DNA from: Ascidiella aspersa
Lineage: Eukaryota
NCBI GenBank assembly: GCA_963924565.1
Contig: OZ004609.1
Coordinates: 15,376,001 to 15,440,000, forward strand
Length of the DNA: 64,000 nt
Direction of reading: 5' to 3'
The notes under the pieces are model-generated. The model was not told the origin of the DNA, ran no database searches, and worked only from the letters and a program-made list of their open reading frames with translations. Within the stretch, counting starts at the first letter, position 1; every line of letters starts with the position of its first letter. Below, piece by piece: positions 52,301 through 64,000 of the stretch. A program made the position numbers and the translations under genes.

Positions 52301-55300
52301 CAAGTTAGGTAATGTTCGGCGCTATTGCGAATTATTGACGGAGTTGGGTGACTGGGAACGGGCTATTGCACTTGCACCTGGTGTGTCTCTTGCTTTCTGG
52401 GCTGGTCTAGTTAAAAGGTAAATCTGTTACTGACAAATCCTCTTTATCTGTGTGTCTTGTCAATGTTTGGTGTAAAAGTAGTTTATCTGTTAATATAAAT
52501 GTGGAAAATTTTAGTATAGCGTTTACCCCTAAGAACTTGTACTTCTTTTTGTCAAAGATATGCCTCCATTTTGGAATCTGACAGTGACAAGGACTCTGTG
52601 GCCTTTAGAATTGCAACTGGTGAAATAACGGAAGCTGTCGAGTTTATCACGGCACGAGGGGATTTGCAGGTAGCTCGGGCAACTTGTTTGTGTCGTTAAA
52701 AAAAGTTATAATATATGTCCTATGTTTTTCTGCTTTTACTCCATAATTTCTTTCTATGTTTCATAAACGATGTTAGGATATTTTGACAGGAGTGCACGAC
52801 TGCATATAAATGATTAAATTATTGTTTTATTGTTTTAGCCTCCCTCAAAATTTAAATTGTAGCTTGAATTCATATTGCAGGATGGACTTCTGGTTGCCCA
52901 AAGTGCGAAAGAGTGTAATACTCCACATCCAACTTTCCCTGAGGAATGTAAAAATATAAAAAACAATACTGACGGCAAAAATTATGACGAGTAAGTGCTT
53001 ATGCTTGAATTTAAAAGAAAAATATGAATGTGAAGGAAAACAAAACATTTGTTTTGCTGCTAACACAGGCAACTAGATATGTTATAATTTAATAAAGTTT
53101 GCATTGTCCTAAATACAATTAGGTGTGTTCTGCTTTTTAAGAAATAGATATTGCAAAAAATAACGTTTCTTGGTCAGCATGTCTGTTGGTTTACGGCAAA
53201 CACAAATGCACACCTAGTTCTCGCATTTGGCTACAGCTTGTCTCTAACCACGAGATTGCAATCTGTGTTTAAAATTCGCCTGATCGGTCCGGCCTTCTTT
53301 CGACGAATGTCGACGATATACAACGACATATATATCAGCTAAACCCACATACAAATAATTTATTTAGCGCTGCAAAAATAAGAGGTTAGAAAAGTCAAAC
53401 AACCGATCTGAATTGGTAGTTTCCTTGGCTTAACCTATCGCTGAATAGTTCGTCTCAAAATGTCTGCCACAAATAAATTTGTTGTTGTACTCAATATTGT
53501 TTTATTATAATTAATTATCTACGGATGTGTTGTAATGGAAGTAATAATGACGGTATTTGGATTTGGTAGAATATTACATTTAAAAAGAACGCTGATCTGA
53601 TTACTATTATAAAAAATCTTTAAAAATGGCCATATTTGTCCAATTCTAAATATAATAATCAGGTAGCACTATATAAAGACAAATTGTATTGATTCTCGAC
53701 AAGCTTTCGTACAAACCGTGCCTTATAAGGTCAAAGTAGAAATGAAAGCCATTGAAAATATTGTTTTTGTTTCAGTCACATACGTCTTTGCGAGCATGTG
53801 CCTGTGTATTTATTAGACTTTTGTTCTTATCTGATAGATTTATTTAGACCGTTATTCTATTATTAAAATTATTGAAATCACCTAAAAAAAAAACTCGCCT
53901 TCTGACAAACTAAGGGTTGTTTTATGTCATTTTACAATCGCCAACTGACTTATTCTTTTTTTATTCTCGAAGCCTTGTGTCTGGATGTTGCGTCAAGATG
54001 GCTGACCGTCACTACAAACGATCATTATCTTTGTCAGCAGCATCCATTCATTTGGCCCAGGATGACGTGGGAAAAGCTATAGACTGTCTCGTTAGGGTAA
54101 GTCTTATTCGACTGAGAATTTTTTTTATAATGCTAACATAATCAACTTTTTCTTGTGGTGCTAATTTTTTATAAATTATAAAACCATTCTATTACCTAAA
54201 ATACTTCTATAGATAGGCGGACTAAAAAGAGTGAAATATTAGGATTTTCTAAAAAAGAAGTCCGCAAAATTGACGTTATATGTATTCATAATATGGCAAA
54301 CAATTTGAAATGATGCTGCCCAATCGAGATTAGTCTTATAATCAAGCAGAGACAAAAATGCTGCAAATTAATATATTGTTTCATAGTGTCACAGTATACA
54401 GATAAAAGGATGGCATACATGAATTTAGCCACTTGACACTATTGTCATATGTCAATGCGTAGTGACCTTATTGGGCCCTAAAAATCGGTCACTTGGTTGG
54501 ACATCTCAAAATCTGTCACTGGTTGGTGTAGCGTGTATTTCATGTTTGCGAAAAATTACTGTTAAAACCGTGCGAGACTGGCGCTCCTAGAGCACGGAGC
54601 AAAATGAGCGAAAAAGTTAGCTATGCACAAGCGGCAGGCGAAAGTGCAGTGAGTGCACTGAGAAGGCCTAACTGTTTAAGCTTAAGAGGAGTTAATCAGC
54701 TTAAAAGAGAAGACTTATGGAATTTAATGAAAGAGGTTGATTTTCATCTGACAAAAAATAATAGGAATTACGGAAATGAAAGGGACTCTAGTAGACGTGA
54801 CGTGTACGTCCAGGGAAAATGTGCTTCACCTTCATAGAAGACTACTGAATGTGTCATACATTCGGAATGTTCGTCTTTACGAGTCCGGTGTTATAAATGT
54901 GGGAAATGGTTGGACACCAATTCCACTCCCAAATGAAGCTATTGAAAGTCGGATTGAAGAACAGTTTGGAGAAGTCAAAAAAATGACACACAGAAAAGAC
55001 AAAGAAGGTTTGTTAACGGGAATGCGGATTGCAACAATGAACAAAGCGGATTTAGAAACGAATCCAATACCAAGTTATGTACGAATGAACGGTTGTGAAT
55101 TTTATGTTACCTACCACGGACAAAAGATTACCTACAAGTATTGTGGCGAAACTGGCCACAAACAAGCTGATTGCGCAAAGCGAAAAGCAGATTACCCACA
55201 GCTCCACAGTAAGGCAAACCAATCAGCAACTCAACCGCCGATAATTGCGTCAGGCCAGATTACCAGCTCATCAACGCCTCTGCGCTCAAAAGCTGGTGAC

Positions 55301-58300
55301 AAAACTGCAGCGCAAACGCTTGAGAATAGAAACGACTCACTGCCCGGGGTTGATGCAATCCCCGCTGATAAACTAAAAACATCCCGAAAGCGACTCCGCA
55401 ATAGACCACCTTTTCTTCCTGACAGTAAATTAAGAATCATGAGCGAAGTTACCGTCTCACTGGATTGTCAAAATTGTCACACGGACAGTCTTCTGGATCC
55501 CCAATGCCGACATTTTTACTGCTGCAAATGCAAACAAGAATACAGGGTTACCAACGCATGCAGTGATGACACCGTCTTGTTTTTGGTGCCTTTGAAGGAA
55601 ACCATGGCTAACTGTCCCAAGTGCCAGGCCAAAATGAGACTTATGCCCTGCTGTGAGGAAATACAACCGGAGTTCCGAATGGACGGCAACATGTTTCAGT
55701 GCATCCAATGCAAAAGGCATGCAATAACGTGTGTGTGTGTAAGACAGTAAATGCTCTTCCAAACGTTACAATGTCTTAAGGAATGTTTAAATCACCTATG
55801 CAAGTATAAATTGATATACTGCAGTTGCTGGAAAAAGTCCGCCGAGGTTATTGAACCGAGTCGGCCATATAACTGCAGTTGCGGGTTCGAATATGAATGG
55901 GATATCGGATTAGGAGTACAGAAGAATAATTAGATGTGTTATGGTAACTATTTTGGTGTATATTTTTTGTTGTTGTATAATGGGTTTCAATATCGCATCA
56001 TTTAATGTCGGGGGTATTCGAAATCCCCGCAAACGAAAGCCAATCTTTAACTTTCTTAGAGAAAAAAACTTTAATATTGTCTATTTGCAGGAAACGCACT
56101 CCTCAGTAAGGGAAGAAAAATTATGGGAAATGGAGTGGGGATTTAAAATATTATGGGCATATGGCTCTACTCACAGTAAAGGGGTTGCCATTCTATTGAC
56201 AAAAAATACCTCGATTTCGATTAAGGAGCTAGAAATAGACCCCGAAGGGAGGTATCTGGTTGCCTCGTTAACGGTTGAAGGCAAAACGTTTAAATTGTGC
56301 AACGTGTACGCCCCAAACAACGACGATCCTATGTTTTTCGATCGACTATTTGCAAAACTAGCATCTATTGACAACTCGGAGTTAATTTTGGGGGGTGGTT
56401 TTAATACAATTTTGCAAGGTAACTTAGATAAAAAACAGGGTCCCTCTCATTCTAACCGAAACTCTCGTGCCAGAGTTCTATCGCACATGCAATCCTACAA
56501 GTTAAGTGATGCGTTTCGATATTTCCACCCTACGGCCCGCCAATACTCAAGGTTTCAGGTCAACCCCATGAGCGCCACGCGTATTGATTTCTTTTTAATA
56601 TCGGAGTCATTATTAAATTGCCTAAGTTCCGCAGACATCACACCAGGCATTAAATCAGATCATAAAATAGTAACCCTTTCGATGACAGTCTCGAGTTCTC
56701 CTCGTGGCAAAGGATACTGGAAGCTAAATACGAATCCGTTGCTTAACAACGAATACATAAAAAACCCGAGGCGCACAATACGTGATTATGTGGCCAACAA
56801 TCCTAAACATGAGTTGAATCCACACATTCGGTGGGGTGCTCTTAAAGCAGCAATACGTGGGGTTCCATTAAACACAGCGCCAAAGTAAAACGAGTAAACC
56901 GCAGTCAACAGCAATATCTAGAACGGGCGATAAAAGGCGTTGAACTGGAATTAACGCTGATAAACCAAGCCAGCACGGCTCAAAGCGATAAACTGGCAAA
57001 TTTATAACTGGAGTTAGATAACTTGATTAAAACGCGTACACAAGGTGCAATTATTAGAAGCAGAGCGCGCTGGGCAGAGAAGGGTGAAAAAAACACAAAG
57101 TACTTAGAGAAACGCCACATCCAAAAAAAATCAATCAACCGCCTAAAAGTGGGTGATCAAATCCAAACAGATCCATCGGATATTCTGAAAGAACTGGCCA
57201 ATTTTTTTGAAAGTCTATACAAACGATGCGATTCTAAATATACTAAGACACAAATTAACGTACACTTATCGACACGAAATCTGCCGCGGCTAGACGCAAT
57301 ACAGAAAGAATCGTCCGAGCGCCCAATCACGCTTGAGGAAATTCTGGCGGCAATTCCCACTATGCCGAGGAATAAATCCCCGGGACTTGATGGATTGCCG
57401 GTAGAATTGTATCAGACTTTTTGGCATGAGATAAAAATCTTGATTTACGATGCTTGGATGTATACTGAAGAAACCGGTAAATTTAGTCAAAGTCAAGCGC
57501 AAGGTGTGGTAACGTTGATCCCCAAGCCACATAAAAAAAAAGCTGATAACTAATCACCGCCTCTTATCTCTTTACTTAATGTGGACTATCAAATTATGTC
57601 AAAAGTTATAAACAACAGAATTAAAACCAATATCGAGTTCCTAATCAGTCGAGACCAAAATGGGTTTATGAAGGGTAGATATATTGGGGATAATCTCCGC
57701 CTGCTCTTTGATATTATCGATTCCTCCGATTTTTATAAAATTCCGAGTTCCATACTTCCTTAGGACAATTACAAAGCGTTTGACACCGTTGGTTGGGATT
57801 TTATTTACGCAGCATTAGATAATTTCGGCTTTGGAAATAACCTAATAAACTGAATAAAATGTTGTTATGCGGATCCTACCTGTAAAATAACCAACAACAA
57901 CTTTATGTCGCGCGAGTTTAAAATCGAAAGAGTGTCCGGCAAGGCGACCCTTTATATCCAACGCTTTTTTTGCTATGTGTCGAATGTCTAGCAACGGCGT
58001 TGCGAAAAGACGAATTTGTAGGACTAAAACTGAATGACGACGAATTTAAAGTATCTCTACTCGCTGATGATACGTTAATCTTTTTAAGAGGCGAACAAAC
58101 TGATTTCGAACGAATATTTGTTGTGCTAGATAAATTTGGAGACATGTCCGGATTTAAAATTAATATGCAAAAATCGCTTGCATTCCACGTAGGAGCCAAT
58201 CGTTCTTCGACAGAAAAACCTTACGCGAACAAAGGCCTCGAGTGGCCAGAACACTCATTTAAGTACTTAGGTATAAAAATTCCACTAAAAAACCCAAAGG

Positions 58301-61300
58301 AACTGTTTACGCTTAACTTTGGTGAATTTATAAATAAAATTAGTGCAGTTTTTAATATTTGGTCTTCTAGGGGGCTAACTCTTCTGGGACGAATTTGTAT
58401 ACTAAAAACCTTAGTAAATCCGACACTAATTTACAAAATTAGTGTTCTTCCGGTCAACTTGCCCGAATCATGGTTGCGTAAAGTTAAAACGAAATTATTT
58501 CAGTTTTTATGGGGATCTAGATGAGAGAGAGTTAAGCGAACGAAATTATGCGCAAATACTGAACACGGAGGAGCAAATATGTTGGACTTTGACGCATATA
58601 TCATGTCGCTGAATATTAAATGGGTGTCAAAACTTTTTGACGACGAGTATAATGCACCGTGGAAAACGCTTGAAAAGGGTGTTCGAACAGACAAAGAATT
58701 CGAATGCTGGCTGCGAGGAGACTTGTCTGCCACATCGAGGCAATGTTCTAAACTAATACCTTTACGCACTACTAGAAAAGCAATATCAGACTGTAGGAAG
58801 TATATGACCATAACACAATTGCAAAGACTTAAGGTCCGTCCTCTATGGGTAAACAAAAACGTCCGACTCAAGACAGAAACGTTTTATTTAAAGTCACTTA
58901 TCAATGCGGGAGTTATTGACCACAATGATCTTCTAAACGACTCGGAACACTATATGACCTATGATCAACTGGCAGTTAAGTACAAATTCCACCCAAACAA
59001 TATAGATTTTGAAACCTTTATTAAAATGATCACTGCTCTCCCACCCGTGTGGGACCACTCCATGGTAGGCTCCCCAGCCGATACTAAGCTAATCACCACT
59101 TTAAGGCAAATATTTCAGGTACATAACTCATCAAAAACTTTATACAATGAGATAAAAAACATACACTACTGTTCGTCCGCATAAAGAACAAAGCAAGTGG
59201 AAACGGGATTTAAATCTTATACCGAACACAACTCCTTGGGACAGGTTATATAAAAACACTTGTAAAGCCACAATTGAAACTAAACTGCGATTCTTTCAAA
59301 CTAAACTTAATCTTCGTGCCATTGTGACCAATGATGCGCTATTCTCGTTTGATATAACTGAAACCAACCGTTTTTTTTTGCAACTTAAATGTTGAAACAA
59401 TTTCTCATGTGTTTTTCTATTGCGAACATGTTGCAAAGTTTTGGGAAGAAGTCACTGCTTGGATTTCATCAAAACTTTTTATATCCCTTCAAACCATTCC
59501 AATAACTGTTCTGTTTGGTACTGTAAATGAGAATGATTTGCTAAACTGTTTACTGATTTGCGCTCGCTTTGTGATTTAGCGGGTAAATACGCCAAAACTT
59601 TGCCTTCTTTAATGATGTTTAAGAACATGGTAAAAACAGTGAAAAAATCAGAATACCATATTGCGCTAGGAAATAAGAATCTTGGTGCTTTTTGAGTTAA
59701 ATGGGCCAGTCTTTTATGTTGTAACAACCAATTACTAAATAAAATGTGGTGGATATTTAGCAATCCACTCATAGGGTTGTCATATAACTTGTCCACCAAA
59801 ATACGTGGTTGTTAAATGTTCTACCATTTGGTATTTAAGATTTACAGTGTGCCGCCTTGTCGGTTCAGAATTTGATACTGCGCATTAGGGTGGAGTGAAA
59901 AATAATTTTTTTTTTCAAATCAAAATTGAGGGGTCTAAAATGTTGACAAACATCTAAACCATCAAAACATTGGATTTGTTGAGTTGTCTCCCTAACTGAC
60001 CTGGCTAACTCCCCTTAAAGGTCATACAAAGGTCAAAATAGCCAAAACGGCCATGTGTGGTAGCAACAATTCAGGCCGGGTCAGGCCCGCGGGCCGTATG
60101 TTTTCCGCCCCTGCTCTAAAGGTTAAAATTTCACACTGTCGTCTGTTCCTCCTCAAACCTATGGACAACGTCAAAACTCGATTCGACACCTATCTTACTT
60201 GTCTATTTAGAGCAGGGATGTCCAACCTTTTAGCAGAATGGGTCGCATTGCCACTAGGCCGCAAAACCTATTAAATTAAAGGGGTGAAGTCATAAGTTAC
60301 GTAATATCGTGATGTCGTAAAACCATTTACCTTATAAACACCCGCTCTTCGAGAGTGATCTCGTGCGCATATATGCAAGCAAATCTCGGCCTTATTTATT
60401 TTTTTATTTATTATAGCGAAGCGCGAAAAATGTAGTTTACATGCCGTATCATGCAATGATTGCAATGGCACAACACCTTTGGGCTGATATGTTTCCTTAA
60501 AACGGTCCGCAAAAACACACATCTTGCTTAGCAATGATGGGTTCGCAAAAGTGTTCGACGGATGTTGAAATGCGACATTAGACTCGATTGAGGCCTACCA
60601 AATACTGCGCGTTCTACGCGTTTTGATGATAGTCGAAACAATTGTATTCAATAAAGCCTACAGAAAGTGAGAATAATTTGTGGGCCGCACGTAAACATCA
60701 GGCGGGCCGCGGGTTGGACATCCCTGATTTAGAGCATAATTTAAACTGTATTATTTTTCTACGTGTTTTAAACTTCAAAAAAATTTCACCCTACTAGTTT
60801 GTTCTTGTTCGCTTTGGGAGAACCATTTAACCCTCACAAGGGTCTGCCTGGGGGAGGAAAGCTTTTACGAAATAAGAGTAATGCCAGCATTGTGTTTTTT
60901 TGTTCTTTTAAAATGTGTATACCTTTGTTATATGCAGATTTAAAATAGGCCCTTACACGAAAAGACGGTTAGTTGTTTCACTAATTTTTGAACATTTTCG
61001 GCAGCGATTTAGTTTTAAACGTTTTTCCCTCTGTCTTTCGAAATTTAGTCATTTTTTCTTGAAACCGTCAAAATATAGCGAGCATTTTTAGGACCGAATG
61101 TTCTCCGTTAAGAAATAATCTTATATAACTAGTTTTCATTTATAGATAACAATATAATTTGTCCAAATAGCCGAGATCCCATGACGTTTTGTCTTGCAAA
61201 TGTAGCGCTTTCCTTCTTGTTTGATAGGCCAATCAACTGTCTCTGGCCTTGTGCGTGGCTCGCAACTTGAACGGATGCTTTAGTGGCGCCAAGATTGCAG

Positions 61301-63984
61301 CTCGTTTGCTGACAAGAAAGCTTTCTAGGTACATTGTTTTTACGTTCTGATAGATTTACAATTTAATAGTTCCTTGGCTATTTTGGGATAGTAATAAAAT
61401 TAATATCAAACTCATAAACTTGGTGCTTAGCGTTCTACTCTTTCCGAGTTTTATCGTGTTTTTTTGCATAGATTTAGCTTTAAAAGAGCTAAAACTTTAC
61501 TTACAGCTAAATAAGTTTTTAATATAAGTATAAGGACCACGGTCCACGAATATATTATTATTATTTATTATACGAATTTAAGGCAGCAAGATTACGCGGC
61601 TTTACTACCTATTCTATTTTAACTTGATACCTATTTTAATTTGTTTGATTGCGACACCAACATTAGATACAATTTATCGCACTTGACTCGATTAACTTTT
61701 AAGGGCACCCTTTTGATGTTGTATAGTACAAATGATCTAGTTTTATTTTCCCATATATTTTATATATTTATACATTTTTGTTTCAAAAAAGGCTTTATAT
61801 TCGAAAGGTAGCTTTTAATTATATATATCCAACCCTCTAACAATACAGTCTTCAAATGCACGATGTCGCAATTAAGCTGCTCTTAGCCTTTGACCCACCA
61901 TCAAAAGATTGCGATTGGTCTTCCCTGCATGAACTATGTGCAAGTTGTGATGTTAAAGACACCAACGAAAGAGCGAAACTTTATCAACAAGCGGGTTAGT
62001 TTCGATAAAAAAATGTTTCTTGTAACTAAGGAAAACTATCGATCGTTTTAATTACTTACTTATTTTTTAATAATTTTGTTAATTGCTTGTGTGTGTAGTA
62101 ATGACTTTATAGGCAAGACTAACTAATTGAATGATTACCTATTCATACTGCTTATTTTAGGACTACTTTCTCCAAGCTCGTATCGTAATCGCGCAGTGGC
62201 GCTGCAGGGTAAAGGCCAATTAGTTGAATCTCTTAAGTATCATATGTTAAGTGACGACCAGCAAACCGGCTTGGAGACTGCCGTACAACTTTTAACAGGT
62301 ATGCTACGAATTTTATATGTTCAACCTTGCTTTTATTTAACCCCTAAAATGTTGCATTCATTGTACGAAACTGGTACAACCGCAGTGTTCCAACTATCAA
62401 CATTGCAATTAACTACTTTAAACAGACCTCGAAAGGTTTAACGCGACTTTTTATATGTTGTGGGCGATCTATTTTATGAACATAACCCAAATATTTTCTG
62501 ATTTTGCATGGTTGAACATCATAATTTTTTAAGCTGCTGGCCTAAATTAGCTTTACATTTTTGTTGTAGCATTCATTTTAATAGTTATATCGTTATGACG
62601 CCGCCTCATTTTCCGAGCTTAAAGCTTTGTCACAGTACAGACAAACACTTAAAAATATATTTAAAATATATGTGCCATTGTATGGTTGGCTTTAAATTAA
62701 TATACTGTCCATTAATATAACGCTCTCGTAAAATTGGCAAAATTTTATTGTTTTAATTTTAGATTGGTTTCTTCCTTTTATTGGTAAACCTCTAAGCAGG
62801 TAAATTTGTAAAAAAGTCAACAACAAACTTTTTGTTCAGCACACTGCTCAAGTCACACGAATAGCATACCATCCTCTAGTCTAGGGCAGAGTTTACCAAA
62901 CTTTTTAGGGGTCAAAAAATACTGACTGGCGATCGAGAAACGGACATAAAACTTGTGGCGAATTTTATTGACTGAATGTTCGTAAACGAAAGGAACATAA
63001 AAACCAAGCTTTATAAAATTAACGTTAAGTTGAAAATGTCATTAGGATTAGTTTGGATTTGCTAAAACGTTTTATTTTCTGAGTCATGCTAAAAAATTAT
63101 ATATTGTACAACTCGAAGCAAATTCCAGAAAGGTAATATTTTTTAACGAAACTGTGTAGCTCGCTTGGTCGAGGACAACAAGTGGACAGTGGACAGCGTT
63201 CTGGACGACTTGGGTGCTGCCTTTACCGCTCGGTCAAGCCTTCTGCAAACCCAGAAGAACAAGATCCTACGAACAAAACTAATCGCTTTTGCAGCTTATT
63301 TTGGTGGTATTTTGGCCACTAGAAGGCGCTATAATTCCATTGTCAAGCCTCTTTTTCAACAAGCGAAGTGAGTGTGCTATTTTAATGAAGGTTTTGTGAA
63401 TAATATTTGTGTAGATTTTGAGGGTTACTCCATTGCTTTATTCAGTCTATTAGAACGGTAAAGATATGATTTTTTTCATTGTACGATCCAAGCACCTCAC
63501 TGAAATACGTAATAAGTTTAAATAAGGATGTTAAAAATATAGAATTAATTATTTGAAACGTTCAAGACATGCTAACTATACTTCTGTATTGGCTTTGATA
63601 TAAATTTTACGGCGAACTACTACATTCTCCAGTAATTATGGTCCAAGTTTGAATAAGATAAACTGGACTGAAATTTCAACTAACGAAATTCATACTTTTT
63701 CTTTTAGATCTTTGGTGGAGATCAGCCGCTCATTCGACATACACTTCCCTCTGTCGCCATCAGTTATACAAGAAGAGTTCGAGATCATCCGGGCTTACCC
63801 GGAGCTCTGCTCCACATCGACACCAATCGCGATGCAGCAAAACAACAATATAGCTGCTCAATTGCGTCATCGTGCAGGCGACGAACCTTACTCTTGCTTG
63901 TTTGGTGTGACAGTGGTCGACGCCTCGGAGCATCCCTCCCATTCAAACGTCGCTGTGTCAACCATTTCGGGAACTAAAATCAGC
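28306..63984 (+). CDS. WDR17: WD repeat-containing protein 17 (25 coding exons in window, final exon beyond 64000)
   Basis: N-terminus [33 protein letters not shown] and motifs [47 protein letters not shown] match recalled vertebrate WDR17. GT-AG phase-consistent exons: 28306-28431, 28509-28692, 29042-29272, 30577-30702, 30762-30884, 31059-31184, 34623-34786, 38092-38260, 39296-39387, 39686-39768, 49096-49182, 49300-49464, 50480-50682, 51102-51251, 51360-51487, 51567-51692, 52206-52417, 52558-52669, 52881-52990, 53973-54096, 61228-61328, 61849-61994, 62161-62298, 63160-63367, 63708-63984. Confidence 0.95.
32160..33100 (-). pseudogene. Decayed DNA transposase fragment (PGAxHxARWM family, probably hATm-like), copy 1
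   Basis: Reverse-complement homolog of 33690-34460; broken frames give TGPEH...FKSKW and RPGATR.. Confidence 0.6.
33110..33510. mobile_element. hAT (Buster-type) MITE
   Basis: TIR CAGGGGTGGGCAAA / TTTGCCCACCCCTG; perfect TSD GTATATAT. Confidence 0.93.
33690..34460 (+). pseudogene. Decayed DNA transposase fragment (PGAxHxARWM family, probably hATm-like), copy 2
   Basis: RDDCKE..RPGATH...[31 protein letters not shown](W)YLNEE, with stops and frameshifts. Confidence 0.65.
35595..36373. mobile_element. hAT MITE (nested)
   Basis: Ends TAGGGTCAGCAA / TTGTGGACCCCTG; TSD CTATAGAC / CTATAGAT; GGGTCGC subterminal motifs. Confidence 0.8.
36382..37016. mobile_element. hAT MITE (nested)
   Basis: Ends CACTGCTCTGCAA / TTGTGGAGCACTG; GTGTGCCG subterminal motifs; TSD degenerate. 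Confidence 0.7.
37797..38030 (+). mobile_element. tRNA(Thr)-derived repeat, second copy
   Basis: GCCTGTATAGCTTAGTT...CTAGTAT...AAACCTCACTGCAGGC (37797-37868), then TAGATTTTTTCTAGC and the tail CCGTAATCGTTGGTC..GGCTAGATCACAG shared with the 5461-5660 copy. A more degenerate head lies at ~37478-37546. Confidence 0.65.
39992..40713. mobile_element. hAT (Ac-type TSD) MITE
   Basis: Ends TAGGGCGA / TCGCCCTG; TSD GTTATCAG / CTTATCAG. Internal sequence related to fragments at ~17380-17720, ~19800-20230 and ~23290-23390. Confidence 0.7.
41245..46422 (-). CDS. Nested gene: SP-CUB-MAM-LDLa-LDLa-mucin protein with probable GPI-anchor signal (~760 aa)
   Basis: 12 phase-consistent GT-AG exons: 46422-46353 ([16 protein letters not shown] signal), 45524-45397 and 45233-44957 (CUB: CGGQL..SGLIVSP..YP...CRWQI..CPYD..RFCG..VHFYSD....SGF), 44841-44692, 44101-43984, 43802-43652, 43570-43456 (MAM: [36 protein letters not shown]), 43177-43100, 42933-42823 (LDLa), 42746-42588, 42460-42332 (LDLa), 42041-41245 (Thr/Ser-rich stalk, ENGA plus hydrophobic tail). 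Total 2283 nt. Confidence 0.9.
47854..48031. repeat. Perfect 89-bp tandem duplication
   Basis: Identical units start at 47854 and 47943; GCG microhomology at the junctions. Confidence 0.95.
49595..49935. mobile_element. hAT (Buster-type) MITE
   Basis: Ends TAGGGGTTCTTAAACT / AGTTTAAGAACCACTG; perfect TSD CTCTAAAT; CACGGACC subterminal motifs. Confidence 0.92.
54604..55933 (+). pseudogene. Tx1-like ORF1: RRM-like region, CCHC knuckle, long Cys-rich C-terminus
   Basis: [11 protein letters not shown] start; frameshift in the A-run near 54755; [31 protein letters not shown](C>Y)[13 protein letters not shown]; then about 20 Cys in CxxC/CC/CxC pairs. Confidence 0.8.
55980..59720 (+). pseudogene. 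L1/Tx1 ORF2 (APE endonuclease-RT-C-terminal zinc finger), disrupted
   Basis: [94 protein letters not shown] across several frames. Confidence 0.9.
59886..60793. mobile_element. Non-autonomous element with TAGGGTG...CACCCTA ends (hATm-like termini)
   Basis: TAGGGTGGAGTGAAA at 59886 and TTTCACCCTA at 60784-60793; no convincing TSD; contains a nested MITE. Confidence 0.45.
60213..60726. mobile_element. hAT (Buster-type) MITE
   Basis: Perfect 15-bp TIR CAGGGATGTCCAACC; perfect TSD ATTTAGAG. Confidence 0.95.
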
Positions 63985-64000
63985 GTAAGACAGTATTACA

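Larger units (their letters stand above)
54490..59745 (+). mobile_element. Near-full-length decayed L1-group (Tx1-like) non-LTR retrotransposon in WDR17 intron 20
   Basis: ORF1 and ORF2 in tandem with several frameshifts and stops; A-rich end ~59735-59745. Exact ends and TSD not resolved. Confidence 0.88.

Overview
AT-rich, intron-rich eukaryotic DNA with dense short transposons. The small introns, MITE load and gene content suggest a marine invertebrate such as an ascidian, but this is inference only. Three spliced protein-coding genes can be rebuilt by hand from splice signals and reading frame. (1) A minus-strand nectin/CADM-like Ig-superfamily gene (signal peptide-V-C2-C2; 9 exons from 14061 down to 2984, 3' end not found). 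(2) WDR17 on the plus strand (25 coding exons, 28306-63984, last exon beyond the window). (3) A complete 12-exon, ~760-aa antisense gene nested in WDR17 intron 10, encoding signal peptide-CUB-MAM-LDLa-LDLa-mucin stalk with a probable GPI signal. Mobile DNA includes a young 5'-truncated Vingi/Ingi-type LINE with an intact frame and 10-bp TSD just upstream of WDR17, and a decayed L1/Tx1 element whose ORF1 ends in an unusual array of about five zinc ribbons. There are also a non-autonomous Helitron, a Penelope-type terminal repeat with a minimal hammerhead ribozyme plus a related 99-bp palindromic insert, tRNA-Thr-derived repeats, inverted hATm-like transposase relics and many hAT MITEs, including multi-level nested stacks. 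Most short ORFs in the supplied track are exon fragments or noise.
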